Part shown: positions 23,925 to 37,229 of the stretch, piece after piece | Numbering within the stretch: the stretch's first letter is position 1 | Layout of the letters: the number at the start of each line of letters is the position of its first letter | Assembly: GCA_951406725.2 (NCBI GenBank) | Contig: OX597828.1 | Span: 46,934,001-46,998,000, forward strand | Source of the DNA: Octopus vulgaris | Taxonomy: Eukaryota | DNA: 64,000 bases | Direction of reading: 5' to 3' | Translations under genes and position numbers: made by a program | Notes under the pieces: model-generated | Database searches by the model: none | Told to the model about the DNA's origin: nothing | The model's input: only the letters and a program-made list of their open reading frames with translations

Positions 23925-23974
23925 AGTTCTCGCCTGAAGATCGCAATGGCGTGAAACACAAGTCGCGGGAAACT
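23925..23974 (+). ncRNA. Minimal type I hammerhead ribozyme motif
   Basis: Stem I AGTTCTCGC/GCGGGAAACT, CTGAAGA (23934-40), stem II T-CGC-AATG-GCG-T, GAAA (23953-56), C-ACAA-G, TC; predicted cleavage after C23964. Confidence 0.65.
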
Positions 23975-24702
23975 TTCAATTTCATTAAAAAGAAATTGTG
24001 CGTTAGAGTGTCTTCAATATATGTACTTTTCTTTGTATATTATACGACTTATGTGGTATCTGTTTTGGCTGGTGGTAGCTGTTGTATTGTTAGAGAATGT
24101 GATAACGAAGTTGGAGGCTTTGGAACCGATAAGGATGCTAGTTATGGAGTCATTGATGATGATGAGTGTAAAAGATGCCTTAATAGTTAGTGACGGTGAT
24201 AGATCAAGATTTTAAAGCTTCAATGATGGATAATACCTCGGTGATTGTGATCGTGTAGGAGATAGGAGTGACGGGCAGTAAACCTGCAAATAAAGTACCA
24301 GTAACATACTGGGGTTTCTCAATCAAATAGTATATTCTTCAGAAGATTAGTTAATTCCTCAATAAACACAATATAAACGTCGATATTGATATGTATCGAC
24401 TAATCATACTAAAGGTGGTGCTCCAGCGCGGCCACATCCTTTGCTGAAACCAGTAAAAGTAATGAGTTATATATCACCTGTATATACACACACATGTGTG
24501 TGTGTGTGTTCCCATCAGCTGTTGACAGGGAATCACAACAGAATCGTTGAAGTTACCTCCAACTCTTCAGCGTGACTGATGAAAGGTTGTTGCTATCAAG
24601 AAATCTCCAGGTTCTTGTGGCCACACTGTAGTAGACTTTGGTGCCATCCTGTCAAGTCAGTCATAATACATACACGCTCACTATATACACACTCTTGCAT
24701 AT

Positions 24703-24744
<42 letters not shown>

Positions 24745-25053
24745 TTGAAAGCATGCCAGTTTCTTGTATCCCAGAGTTTCGTGTATAACATCTGTCACAT
24801 ACACACAGACACACACACACACACATGTTAGTGACTCTGTAGTCAGGTTACAATCCGACACACACACACGCATAATTTAACTTGAAATTAAGTCAATAGT
24901 TACAACTTAGCATTAATGTTATCTATACACGCGAGCCAGTGTTTTTGCGTGTGTGCCTATCGCTTGGGAAATAAGTGTGTAGTAATAAAAGTAATATTCT
25001 AATTTTCACGCAAGACCAGCAGTTTTGAGGGGAGGGGCAAGTACATTATATAT

Positions 25054-25422
25054 AGGCGCATGAGTGGCTGTGTGGTAAGTAGCTTGCTTACCAACCATAT
25101 GGTTCCGGGTTCTTCCCACTGCGTGGCACCTTCGGCAAGTGTCTTCTACTATAACCACGGGCCGACCAAGGCCTTGTGAGTGGATTTGGTAGACGGAAAC
25201 TGAAAGAAGCTCGTCGTGTGTGTGTGTGTGTGTGTGTTCCCACAATAACACTTGTCAACCGATGCTGGTGTGTTTACGTCCCCGTCACTAAGCGGTTCGG
25301 CAAGAGAGACCGATAGAATAAGTATTAGGCTTACAAAAAATAGGTCTTGGAGTCGATTTGATCGACTAAAGGTGGTGCTCCAGCATGACCACAGTCAACT
25401 GACTGAAACAAGTAAAGGGATA
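25054..25422 (+). mobile_element. SINE family A, full-length
   Basis: Head, CORE-like block, internal (TG)n and tail all present. Confidence 0.9.
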
Positions 25423-26039
25423 AAAAAAATTATATATATATATATATATTCCTCAGTATTTGACCGGTACTTTGCTTCACCGACACCCCGGGGTGGGAGG
25501 GTGCAAAGTTTACTTCTGCAGTATTTACAATCAGAACGGAAAGAGGTGGCAGAAATATCGCTAAGCATTTTGTTCGACGCGCTGGCGATTCTGCCAGTTC
25601 ACAGCCTTTTATAATAGTTTTTAATAATATAGACTCAAAACCCGAAAATCGAAGATGGGGTGCTGAGGATTACTTGATTACATCGCCTCCAGTATATCAC
25701 TGGTACATTTTTTTTCCACCCCTATAGAATGAAAAGTAAAGATAAACCTCGACAGTGTTTGAACTCGGAATGTAAAGCGCCGAAGCCAATACTGAAAATC
25801 GTTTTTCCGGTGATCTAAAGATTCTGCTAGCTAATCAGCTTAGTAATAGTCTGAGTTAGGTACCCCGGCCGAAATTTGGAGGGAAGGGTATGTCGATACC
25901 ATCGACCCGAGTGCGTCACTGGTACAGAACAGTAACATATACAATTGGGGGGGGGGTTACACGGATTTTTTCTCACTTTATTGTAAATAATGCGGGTCTT
26001 CCAGGTTGTAGCGAGATTGATACATTCAACACACACACA

Positions 26040-27075
26040 CACGTCTACGTGCGTGTGTGCGTTTACGTGCGTGTGTGCGTTTACGTGCGTGTGTGCGTTT
26101 ACGTGCGTGTTTGCGTGCGTGTGTGCGTTTGCGTGCGTGCGTGCACGTCTGCGTGCGTGTGTGCACGTCTGCGTGCGTGTGTGCGCGTTTGCGTGCGTGT
26201 GTGCGCGTCTGCGTGCGTGTGTGCGCGTCTGCGTGCGTGTGTGCGCGTGAGTTTGTTAGTGTGTCGGATCGCGCGTGCGTATGTGTGTGTATATATATAT
26301 ATATATTATATACGTGTGTGTGTATTCGCGCGTAGGCGCGTATATATATATATATATGTATGTATGTATGTATGTGTATGTATTTGTATATATATAAGGG
26401 CCCGAGCAAAGTGATGCAGGAAGACATCACCCCCCACCCAATTATACCCAAGATAAAGATCCCTAAACATGCAGATTTCCCGAGCGCTGACATATAGATC
26501 CTTCTACACAAATAACAACGCTATATATATTTATGCGAGGGTGTATAAATTATATGCAATCACGCAAAATCAAAGGGCAACGTGCTAGAAATAACCGAGC
26601 TGTTCTTACATCACGTCCAAAACGTCTTGAAAAAGGAAGGACACAGTCTAGTGTAGTTTTATACTTTTTTTTTTCTTATCTTGTATTACGGTATAAAACT
26701 GTGTGGTCCTGATTGGAACCCCTTCGATCATGACTTGACTGTCAGGGACAACCTAGGGTTAAATAAAGTCAACGCAAAATCGCGCGAGCACGCGTATACA
26801 CGCACGTATTCTAAAAAAAAAATGTAAATGTGTGTGTGTGTGTGTTTGTGTGTGTGTATGTGTGTGTGTATGTGTGTGTGTATGTGCGTGTGTGTGCGTT
26901 TGTGTATGTGCATCTGTGCGTGTGTGCGTTTGTATGTGTGTGTGCGCGCGATTAGATGCGCACACACACACACACACACACATATGCTCGTAGACTTTGT
27001 GTGTGTGTTTACTCGCACACGCTCAGACTTGTGTGCGTATGTACGTGTTTACATGTACACACGCTCGCTCTCATA

Positions 27076-27124
<49 letters not shown>

Positions 27125-27626
27125 GTGTGTGTGTTTACGTGCGCACACACGCACGCACGCACTCACACACGTAACATTATATCCGTATTTCTGCGCGAAA
27201 TACATAAGTGACATATACATATATATACGTTTTTTACTTTTACATACATGTGTAGATTTATATATACATATAAACAAATGGTATATACACACACACGCGC
27301 GTGTGTGTGTGTGTGTGCGTAGACATGAGACATTCACACAGTGGACGGAAGTGGAGGGGGGTGACCGATAGATTTCTTTCCTTTCCTTCACACTACTACT
27401 ACTACGATTTATTTATTTATTTATTTGTTTGTCCCGTTTCTACCGTCGCGTACGCGCGCGTGTGTAAGCGTGTCTAGCCGGCCGCGTGAGTGTGTATGTG
27501 TGTGTGTGTGTGTAGGTATGAGTAAGTATATGCGTATGTATGTGCACGTATGTGTGTGTGTTTGTGTGTACAGATTTGATCGTGTACATGCATGTATATT
27601 TTATATATAGCGTGTGTATAGATATG

Positions 27627-27657
<31 letters not shown>

Positions 27658-27872
27658 ATAGATATGTATATATATCTCTGTGTGTGTGTGTGTATAGATA
27701 TGTATATATATATCTGTGTGTGTGTGAGTGTATATATATGCATAAACACACGTGTGTTTTACGTGCTAGTTTAACACCTTTGTTTATTTATCTGTATGCG
27801 ACTGTATACAAATACACGTGTGTGTGTGTGTATGTATATATATGTCTGTGTGTGTGTGTGTGTGTGTATATG

Positions 27873-27900
<28 letters not shown>
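26040..27900. repeat. Dense alternating purine-pyrimidine microsatellite zone (GT, GTGC, TA)
   Basis: 18-22-bp CpG-rich units (GTGCGTGTGTGCGTTTAC etc.) at 26040-26250 plus many (GT)n/(TA)n runs. Confidence 0.9.
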
Positions 27901-27910
<10 letters not shown>

Positions 27911-28017
27911 TAATGTATACACACACATAGATATAGATATCGCTCCCCCCTCTTCCTCTCATAGTGTGTATGTGTGTGAGTATATATATTCTGCTTGAGT
28001 ACACTTGAAAGAGGCTT

Positions 28018-28063
28018 CTGATTGGTCGGTTTGTGTGTTACCTTTTGAATGAATCTTATAAAA
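28018..28063 (+). promoter_or_regulatory. Candidate Pol II core promoter (reverse CCAAT + TATA)
   Basis: CTGATTGGTCGG (ATTGG 28021-25) 36 bp upstream of TATAAAA (28057-63), then a GC/CpG-richer leader; implied TSS ~28085-28090. Confidence 0.4.
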
Positions 28064-29028
28064 TTGTGCGATTTGTAGTCAGCTGAAAGAGTGGACCAAA
28101 TGCTGCCTTCCCCGACGCTCTGAGCCGCACAATACTCAAGGCACTACAACACATTCGAGTCGATCAGACGGACTTCGCCGGACTTGGCTTAGAGCAGGGA
28201 GAGCGAGAGTGAGGGAGAGAGAGAGAGGGAGAGTGTGTGAAAGACAGCATATATATACACACACACACACACACGCAGCACTTAAACAGCTACAAGTTTA
28301 CATACTCGCATATACATATATATATACGTTTATATATAAATATATATATATTTCACATACAATTTTGTATGTTTTTAAATATAGAAAAAATTTTTACACA
28401 GTATATATTTATATATTATACATATCTACACACAAATATATACGGACTAATTTAACTTTCTTACAAATCTGAAAATTCACGCTCTCTCATAGACAAAATA
28501 TATTTTGTATATATATATATATATATATATATCATTTATAAGTATTTGATGTATATCCTCATACACAAACCTGAATATTAAGTTCTGAACACTTCAGAAA
28601 AAGAAGAAAAAAAAGCGAAAAATAGCTAATAGAAACATATATATAAAAAGTTATAAAACAAGTGTATGACTATTTGTGTGAGTTAACCACTGCTTACGTT
28701 AGCCACGCATGTAGTATATAAATATATATATATATAATATAAATATACACATTATATATAAATTCTATAGGGTTTGTGTGTGACTATATTTATTTATTTA
28801 TTTGTATGACAAGAAGTTTTAAAAGAAACTTGCCGAAATCGAACCTGGATGTCACGGAACTTACTTCTACATAAAAAAAAAAAATCTAAACAAAGTTCAA
28901 TAAAATATCGACCACCAATTAAACCAACAACTGCGGGTAAATAGATCAATTAATCTAATTTAATTGCATATGCTCTTGATCATATATATATATATATATA
29001 TATACTGATATATGTATGTGTGTAAATA

Positions 29029-29064
<36 letters not shown>

Positions 29065-29416
29065 TATTGTGTGTGATCTGTTTTTTTTCTTTCTTTCAAA
29101 TTTGTAGTTTTGTGTTGTTTTTTTTTTTGTTTTTTACCTCGACTCCTCCTGCGCTCCGATTCAACCACCCTTTCCTTTTTTTTCTCTTTTCAATCTGCAT
29201 TACCATTGTACCTTCTGTATCTTTCTGACTACCATCATCAATGTCCTTCCTTCATCGATCTTGCTAAACGAACCTCTTTCAAGCTACTTTTTTTTTTCTT
29301 TTTAGAAAACGAAACAAAACAAAACAAAACAAAAAACAAATTTCCTTGCCTGTGATTATTTCCATCATTATTCTTTTAACTCTTGTTATCGTCATCTTAA
29401 TTATATGAAATTATAA

Positions 29417-29441
29417 CCTGCTTCTCTTTTAACAGGTGAGT
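29417..29441 (+). other. Splice signal: polypyrimidine tract + CAG|GTGAGT (donor, possibly a recursive splice site)
   Basis: CCTGCTTCTCTTTTAACAG|GTGAGT with GT at 29436-37; consensus acceptor and consensus donor abut. Confidence 0.45.
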
Positions 29442-29457
29442 CTTTGAAACACACCTT

Positions 29458-29510
<53 letters not shown>

Positions 29511-30287
29511 TCACACACACACACACACACATAAGAAATTTTGGTCGAGTCTCTCTAGCTACACTGTACTCACAGACAATACATAGACTGGCCCAGGATA
29601 TTCTATTAATCCCTACTTTGGTATTGAGCATTCTTTTTTCCCGACATACGGGTGTACACACACACACACACACACACACACACTATATATATATATATAT
29701 ATATATATTATACACACAATGATGGACGGAGCCGAATCGGCTTACACATTAGGTTCACAATCTCGAGGCAAAGGATCAAACCCACTATACGGCAACCTTG
29801 GGCAAATATCTTTTTTTCCATAGCTTCGAGCTGATCCAAAAAAACTTGTAAATTTAAATGTTCCGGGAAACTTATCGAAGCCCGTACAATGGATTGTACC
29901 TCTAACTAAAAAAAAAAAAAAATAATAATAATAATAATAATAATAATTAAAATACACCCTTGCCACCCACCGTGGTCACGATGATTCTTACTGCTGGTGT
30001 AGGGTACGTTCCCGTGTCCGTGGAATATCCAATACGAAAGTACTCTTGGTCGAACTATCGAACACTGATAGATCCGTAATCAATAGATTTCGACGAACAG
30101 CCAAATAATAATGACACAAAACACGTGTACATATGTGTACATTCGTGCAATATTTTGATTCGTTAACAACGAAAGTTTTCGATTAGTTACGTCTTCTTCA
30201 TCACATGTGCATTTCGTCCTATATATTTATATAGTATATACTCTCTCTCTCTCTCTCTCTCTCACTCTCTCTCTTCCTTCCTTCTTC

Positions 30288-30318
<31 letters not shown>

Positions 30319-30471
30319 GTAACAATATACATCACCAATGTAAACAGTCCACTTTTAATGAAACCACTTTTATTGACAGCTAAACCACTTGTGTGTTTGT
30401 GTGTGCGTGTGTGTATTTGCGAGTGTTCGCACACGCACACTTATTACACAATGTTTGCGTGTATGCACACA

Positions 30472-30519
<48 letters not shown>

Positions 30520-30544
30520 CTTCATAACACGCGCGCGCATATGT

Positions 30545-30579
<35 letters not shown>

Positions 30580-30589
<10 letters not shown>

Positions 30590-30771
30590 TAAGGGTAGAA
30601 ATTGATATTTATCAATTAAGACCAGTGGTCTAGCATATTAAAAAAGAATCCGAAGATTAAAATATTTATATATACCAATTAAGGACTGAACATAATCTTT
30701 TGTGGTGAATGGCGATTTGACGTCTATATCTAGCATGTTGACTGTCCACTTTTCGTGTACAGTCCTTAATT

Positions 30772-30781
<10 letters not shown>
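30580..30781. mobile_element. TA-embedded element with 22-bp inverted repeat
   Basis: TATATATACCAATTAAGGACTG (30667-88) / CAGTCCTTAATTGGTATATATA (30760-81); start resembles 1107-1190; (TA)n on both sides. Confidence 0.55.
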
Positions 30782-30821
<40 letters not shown>

Positions 30822-31294
30822 GGCCACATGTAAGCGTGTATTCGGTGGCATGTCTTAGTTTTAAATATAATTGTCAAACATGCATTAATTCAAAACACAA
30901 TTACCTTTCAGTATTATACTCTTAATTAATGAATCTTTTAATTAACGATTTTTTTTTTCGTTTTTTTTTTTTTACTTGTCTTTTTTTGTGGCGGGGTTTG
31001 CTATTGGGCGAGGAGGGTTGTTTTCTGATTTTCGTTTTCTGATTTTCATTTTTTACGTGTGGCAGTAGCCACAAGTTTTTGCTTTTGTTTAGCTTTAAGT
31101 GGGCCTTGATTGAATCGATAAACCAATGGCATACCGTTACTTTAAAATCGATCCCTTTTCCTAAGCATAGTGAACTACGGAATACATCCTTTAATGTTCC
31201 CTTCATTTAATACGCTAGATCGGCGTTTCTCAACCGTTTTGTCCTACGTCCTACTTATATATATATTATATTCATACATCATTTTATGCACCCG

Positions 31295-31640
31295 GAGAAT
31301 CATTAGACATGTTTCCTGGTGGGATTAGGTGTTCCGGATTTTTCAACAATGACACCCTCACGCAGTCGACCCAACCAGAGCTGACCAAATTCCAGGTTGT
31401 ACCCAGTTAGAATTACCCGTGGTAGCACTATCCCTTCTTAGGCTCGAACATCCAGCTCCACAACCACCTTGAGGCAATCGTTGCTGCCTCCGCAGCCAAC
31501 TGGATGGTCTTCCGCCTACTAAACCCTTCTCATATCCAGAAGACGGACTGGCCTGCAACCCCCCTTCTGCATCCCTCTTCGATGGGTTTCACACTGTTTT
31601 TGCCACCCATTGCTTCCATAGAGGGCGAAAGAATTTTTAA
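31295..31640 (-). mobile_element. 3' remnant of a restriction-like-endonuclease LINE (HERO-like)
   Basis: Minus strand reads VKPIEEGCRRGVAGQSVFW...RKTIQLAAEAATIASRWLW, like the EVGCRGF...AERASRWLW C-terminus; the 3' UTR resembles HERO tails (from memory). Confidence 0.55.
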
Positions 31641-34067
31641 TTATTACAGGATTTATTCGCTCCATTCTGAGTTTCCACATTCCACCAAATTGCCATTCTC
31701 CGTCACAAGGGACTTATTTCCTCACTTAAAAGAAAAAGAAAATACTGCGCTAGTTTCATTTCGCGAGAGTTTGAGATTTGGCGATTAGTACTAGGATATA
31801 TAGATGGATGGATCTACATTACATGTATGACGAACAGACCTTTCGTATTTAAAGGGGTTCCAACTGAAGCGATCTCATCACTTTGGTGAATCGGGGATTA
31901 CAGTCCTTATCGTATTTGTAAGATAAGGTGTGGTTTGAGTGAGATTTGGTTGCTATTTCCAGCAGGTTGGACAACCACCTGGAGACTCCCTCGTTATTCT
32001 GACTGCTGCTTGTGTGTGTTATTGGTTATCGCTGAACTTGAAATCTTCACGCATTTTTTTTCTTCTTCTTAATCAGCCAGTAGATAGTGCTTGTCTGTGT
32101 CTGGCTGTCAACCTTGTACCATTATGTAAATTAACTGTGTCAGTCACAAGTTTTGTTTACATTTTAATAACTAGCTTCTCGCTACTATCATCGCCGCCAG
32201 TTTGTGAAGAATAGTGGGGACCAATTGTTGCCGTACAACGAAACTCGTCGCTATTAACTAAAGTCGCCCAGTTTTACCACCGCCACTTGGTACACACTGG
32301 GTTCCTTCAGCGGAACCCACTCTGTTGCAAACGTCCATGCTAGGCTTCAAGATTGAGGATTCTTCCCTCACTCACGCACTCCCTTTCACTAGTCTCGGAA
32401 GCCCTGTAAATGTCATGGGCACTACTTCTCTCCGACTAAAAAAAAACAAAATGAACTCTCATCCTTCAAGATTAATTTTACGCTTTTATTAGTTTCTTAT
32501 GAGGATGTTTGATATTTGGGTGTTGATTTTTCGGTATAGATTTTGCTATTCATGTAGCTTCCAATTACCATTTATTTATGTCAAGATTTCTATTTGTGTT
32601 GAACTCATCAAATTGTTTTCCGATATCGTCTACATATTTTTTTTTTATTCTTTGTGTGTGTGAGATATGTTGCTATAGTTATTGTAAATTCATGTCCAGT
32701 TGGCGAAAGTGTGCGGCACATTTTATGGTTAACTCGTCAAGGATTTAATTTCTATGTGTTTTATCATAATAAAAAACGATCAGAAGTTTAATCGGTAGCT
32801 TGATATTAGTGTTTCCGTCATATATATTGTTACAGCTGCTTCATGGCTTGCTGTTTTTTTGTTGTTTAACCCTAGGTAAGTGCAGAGAGAGCAGATTTGT
32901 TCAGTTATTCCAACTGTGACTATCATATCGTCAATCAGCGACTTCATTGTCTAATGAAGTTTTCAGTTTTGATGACATTAGGGAAAGATCTGATGGGGGG
33001 TAATTTTATTTTAGCAGTACGAGTTATCATATACAGCGTCCCTTGTTGGTTCACATACAAGCATGTTGACATACTGAACGAAATTCGACCCTTTTTTTTT
33101 TTCTTTGACAAACTGTTCATTTACCTTCAACACACAAGTTGTTTTGTGTAATACGTTAAGTAGGGGGGTTGGGGGGGGGGTAGGGGGTTCATGTGTAAGG
33201 AAAATGGTACAGGAGCGAAGCGGAGACAAAAATAAAAAAATGTCTTTTCAAGTTTTGATTTTTTTTTTTTTTTTCTTGTTTCCCGTAATCGTAATTTTCA
33301 TGTTTTCAAGGTATGAAATACAAGAATACTTAAATTCTTTAACGGGCTTGTCTTTTTCTGAGACACTATTGATTTTTTTCGGTAGTGGTGGCAGTTAATG
33401 CATTCCCTTGTTGCAGACATTTATATATTCCTTATCGATTAGTTTTTCCATTGATCTGTCTCCCGATGAGCAAAATTACTTTTTCTGCTAATTCACAAGT
33501 AATTACGGCATAATTATATTCATGATGAAATTTGATCTATCACAAGTAATACAACATATTTATATTCATGATGAAATTTCATCTGCAAAATAAAATCGGG
33601 AAAGATCCCGAAATCTCACGGGATCCAGAAATTGCATTGTTGCAAATAAAGCGCAATCGACTAATGCGGAAATGTGAAAGAAGCGTTTCTTCGCACCACA
33701 GACACACACACAAACACACATAAAAGAAAAAAACGTGGTTAAAAGTGTAAAGGACCGAAAAAAACATATCCTCCTCTTTAGTTTCTGCTCGTAAGTAGGT
33801 AGACTAAATGATTTCAGATCTAAGTAACAAGTTCACTATAGGCTCCTCGAAGGGACGGACCTAATGCAGACGACGACAGACTATGAACTAGCAAACACCT
33901 CGTCTGCTTGTCAGGCAGGAATTTAATGAAATACCAATATTTCTAATCAGTTCCACATTTGTGCACACGCACACTCGCGACACAAATGCACATTCACGCA
34001 TATATACGCATGCACACACCCAATTCACTCATCTGTATATCTGCATACATGCAATGATTCAGTGATC

Positions 34068-34293
34068 GAGCTGGCAGAAACGTTAGCACGCCGGGCGAAA
34101 AGCGTAGCCGTATTTCGTCTGCCGTTACGTTCTGGGTTCAAATTCCACCGAGGTCGACTTTGCCTTTCATCCTTTCGGGGGTCGAAAAATTAAGTACCAG
34201 TTACGCACTGGGGTCGATGTAATCGACTTACTCCGTTTGTCTGTCCTTGTTTCTCCCCTTTATGTTTAGCCCCTTGTGGGTAATAAAGAAACA
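34068..34293 (+). mobile_element. SINE family B with 12-bp TSD
   Basis: TSD GATTCAGTGATC at 34056-34067 and 34294-34305. Confidence 0.92.
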
Positions 34294-34894
34294 GATTCAG
34301 TGATCCAGATATATTATCATGTCACTGCCCCAGGGCTCTTTTTAAGCATATTAGTAGCTGCGGGCATAAAATTATACTCTCGTCTTTAACAAATGCAATG
34401 TCATTTCAGTGGCAACTGCTCTCTATCCCCAGCGTATTTTGTGCCACGTGATGATACTGTCATATATCTACATCTTTAAGAAGAACATGGCTTGGCTATC
34501 CACATTGATGGAGCAGAGTTTGGATAGGTTTCTCGGTGTCCACTCTGATCTAGAGTAGGAGGAACTCAATGCTCCTCTATGTATACTGGGCTCCACCATA
34601 TTGCTTTAACCCGGGACTTGTAATGGTTCTATGACTTGTAATGGTTCTATGGCACCCTGCTCACAACAACAAATACAGTAACAACCACGTTATGGATAAG
34701 ATCAGGATACGGAAGTTGGAGGCAAAATGTAAACAGGAAAAAAAAAATGATTTTTCGAAATCCTAATTTTCTTTATCAAGAATACTTTAAGAAACAAATC
34801 AACTTTTTCTTTTCACATTCGGTATGAAAGATATCAGAAACTCCGCCACCAAGCCCCACCCCTATCTATTTATCAAGCTATATTCCTATCTATC

Positions 34895-35123
34895 GGCGGC
34901 GGGCTGGTAGAAACGTTAGCACGCCGGGCGAAATTCCTAGCAGTATTTCGTCTGCCGTTACGTTCCGAGTTCAAATTCCGCCGAGGTCGACTTTGCCTTT
35001 CATCCTTTCGGGGTCGATAAATTTAGTACCAGTTGCGCACTGGGGCCGATGTAATCGACTTAATCCGTTTGTCTGTCCTTGTTTGTCCCCTCTGTTTAGC
35101 CCCTTGTGGGTAGTAAAGAAATA
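34895..35123 (+). mobile_element. SINE family B, full-length with 16-bp TSD
   Basis: TSD TATATTCCTATCTATC at 34879-34894 and 35124-35139. Confidence 0.92.
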
Positions 35124-35402
35124 TATATTCCTATCTATCTGTTTCCCTCTATTATTGAATAGGCCGTCAGGCTAAACTTCATCTCCCAGTTAGCCAGTTG
35201 TATAATAAATTCTTAGTGTTGACTTTTATAAGTATCTTTAATATCCTTTAAAATAAACTTAGATAAACGTGCACACATTAAATGTAAATCCATACGCCAC
35301 ACACTTGTCTGTATGTACACAGGTGAACCTAAAAGTTTCTTTCTGTTTGACAATTGATCAGTTTCTTTTTATTTACCTAACTTGTTAAAAATATGTCAAT
35401 AT

Positions 35403-35568
35403 AGGCGCAGGAGTGGATGTGTTGTAAGTAGTTTGTTTACCAACCACATGGTTCCGGGTTCAGTCCCACTGCGTGGCACCTTGGGCAAGTGTCTTCTACT
35501 ATAGCCTCGGGCCGACCAAAGCCTTGTGAGTGGATTTGGTAGACGGAAACTGAAAGAAGCCCGTCGTA

Positions 35569-35601
<33 letters not shown>

Positions 35602-35788
35602 GCGTGTGTGTGTCTGTGTTTGTCCCCCTAGCATTGCTTGACAACCGATGCTGGTGTGTTTACGTCCCCGTTACTTAGCGGTTCGGCAAAAGAGACCGAT
35701 AGAATAAGTCCCGGGGTCGAGTTGCTCGATTAAAGGTGGTGCTCCAGCATGGCCGCAGTTAAATGACTGAAACAAGTAAAAGAGTAAA
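35403..35788 (+). mobile_element. SINE family A, full-length, young
   Basis: Nearly identical to 14804-15227 except a short deletion between the two AGAATAAGT direct repeats. Confidence 0.92.
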
Positions 35789-36407
35789 CAGAAGAAAAAG
35801 GCTTTGTTACGGCCTGAAAGGTCTCTGATCAGGAAAGGACAACACCAAACAGAAAAGCAATCAATACACATTTTACATAAATAAATAAATGACTACTAAG
35901 ATTAATTAAATCAAGTTAATCACCGTTACATGATATAATTCATTCATTGACATAAAACCAGCAAAGCTTCAAAATTTTGTAGCTATTCGGTGATACCACG
36001 TATATGTAATGTAAATAGTTTTGAGCCAATGAAGGAGCCTGTGATTACTAAGACAAATGAAACTGGATTAATTACTTAAACAAAATATACTTTTTTTAAA
36101 ATTATTTTTAGAAATTCGAGAATTCTAACAAGTCAGTTTTGTGTGGGCTCTTCCTCCTCCCACCCTTTTATTTTACCAGGGGGGACGTTGTCTACATAAA
36201 TGTTCGACAAATACACAGAAATTTCGTCAGCACTGGATATGATACCTAAATGTAAAATATATCATCTGTTATATAGTGTCCGTGTCAAGAGAAATAGAGA
36301 TATTTGCTGAACTTAATCTTTCCTGTAGAGGCATTTCTTATACAGAATGCGGGTCCTCCTTAACTCTTCGCAACACAATTTAAATATCATGTATGCATGT
36401 GCGTGTG

Positions 36408-36455
<48 letters not shown>

Positions 36456-37229
36456 GACGCACAACCTAACAAACATTTTGATATTAAGCTGAGTGTTGTT
36501 CAGTACCTTTCAGAAAAGTATATATATTTTTTTACAACGCAAGGGTTGAGTGACTTTCAAGTTTCTGCTTACCAGCTGTCATAACTGCGTGCTGAAACTT
36601 CGAAGTCACTGCCAAACCTTTCTTTGCAAACACATCACATTCCATGCATCCACGTCCCACACATATTTGAAATCAATACGTTGAGAAATCGGTCATCAAG
36701 TTCAGAGAGTATATCGATTTTAACTGTTCGTGTACACTGTCGTTGTTTTTTCACTGTTGGTGAATCCTGACTGAGCAGTTTTATATGCGAAGGCGTTCCA
36801 GTCATTGCTACCTCACCTTCCCCTATCTCTACACTGTGAAGTGTGCGTTAACATTAAGACGGACAGAAGTATTTAAGGGAGATATGACTGCAATTTCTAG
36901 CTAGGTGTTCGACACATAGGGGTAACTTCACTGAGTTAGATTTTTGTCACTGCTATTGTCCTCATTATTTCTTTGCCCTCCAAGTCTGCTCTGATCCAAA
37001 GGGTCCGAATCAGACCTGTTCTATCTAGGGCCTAAATGATAACGTAGCGTTCGGCAGAATCCTTATAGCGTCGGGGAAAATAGTTCCGACTCTTTACGTT
37101 TTGGGTTCAAATCACATAGAGGTCGTCTTCACTTTTTATCTTTACGGAGTTCGATAAAATAAATTACTGGAAAAGTATTGGGTGGGAGTAGGTATAATCG
37201 ACTATTCTCCCAAACGCGCATTCCCTATA

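Noticed and set aside
33160-33190. G-run cluster with G-quadruplex potential
   Set aside because: Simple poly-G low complexity; nothing ties it to function.
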